This document shows positions 63,814 through 64,000 of a stretch of DNA of 64,000 nt, piece by piece (positions within the stretch are counted from its first letter, which is position 1; the number at the start of each line of letters is the position of its first letter). The translations under genes and the position numbers were made by a program. The DNA is from Malacoraja senta (taxonomy: Eukaryota). Location of the stretch: NCBI GenBank assembly GCA_038087875.1, contig CM075977.1:111290001-111354000 (forward strand), in the 5' to 3' direction. The notes beneath the pieces were generated by a model, which had not been told where the DNA came from, did not search any database, and saw only the letters and a program-made list of their open reading frames with translations.

Positions 63814-64000
63814 AACTTATTTCTAGTCCCTTTCTTCGTAGTGCTCTGCTTATAAATCTCAAATAATGCATTTAGCACGCAAGGAACACAAGCTTATTAT
63901 TAATGCAGTTGGCTTAATTTAAAATATTTACAACCTTCGAAGTAAATTTTAATGGAAGTGCGATAAATCGAAAATGCTAATTAAATTCACTTATGCAATA

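Overview
Vertebrate genomic DNA, most likely from a cartilaginous fish (skate/ray-like, judged from its SINE, CR1, Rex1 and Penelope repeats). It is TE-rich and has four N-gaps. The main content is a locally duplicated family of Siglec-15-like immunoglobulin receptor genes with the exon plan leader / V-set 1 / V-set 2 / transmembrane with a central Lys / probable short-tail terminal exon. Copies A, B and C lie on the minus strand and all carry lesions. A has two stops in V2 and His in place of the sialic-acid-binding Arg. B has V2 plus TM only, with a V2 acceptor changed AG>AA. C has a stop in V1, no leader and no TM of its own, and is fused to B at a CR1 breakpoint. A dead orphan leader exon lies at 50.3 kb, and an inverted plus-strand copy D (57.5-63.1 kb) looks intact. 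Structurally notable mobile elements are: a full-length L1 with a 16-bp TSD; a DIRS1-type tyrosine-recombinase retrotransposon with ITRs, an internal complementary region and an ATT core, inside intron 1 of copy A and itself interrupted by Rex1; a full-length CR1 whose ORF1 start and first CxxC knuckle are amplified 17 times in frame; and a Penelope-type hairpin insertion. All family assignments come from motif recognition by eye and recalled knowledge. No database search was run.
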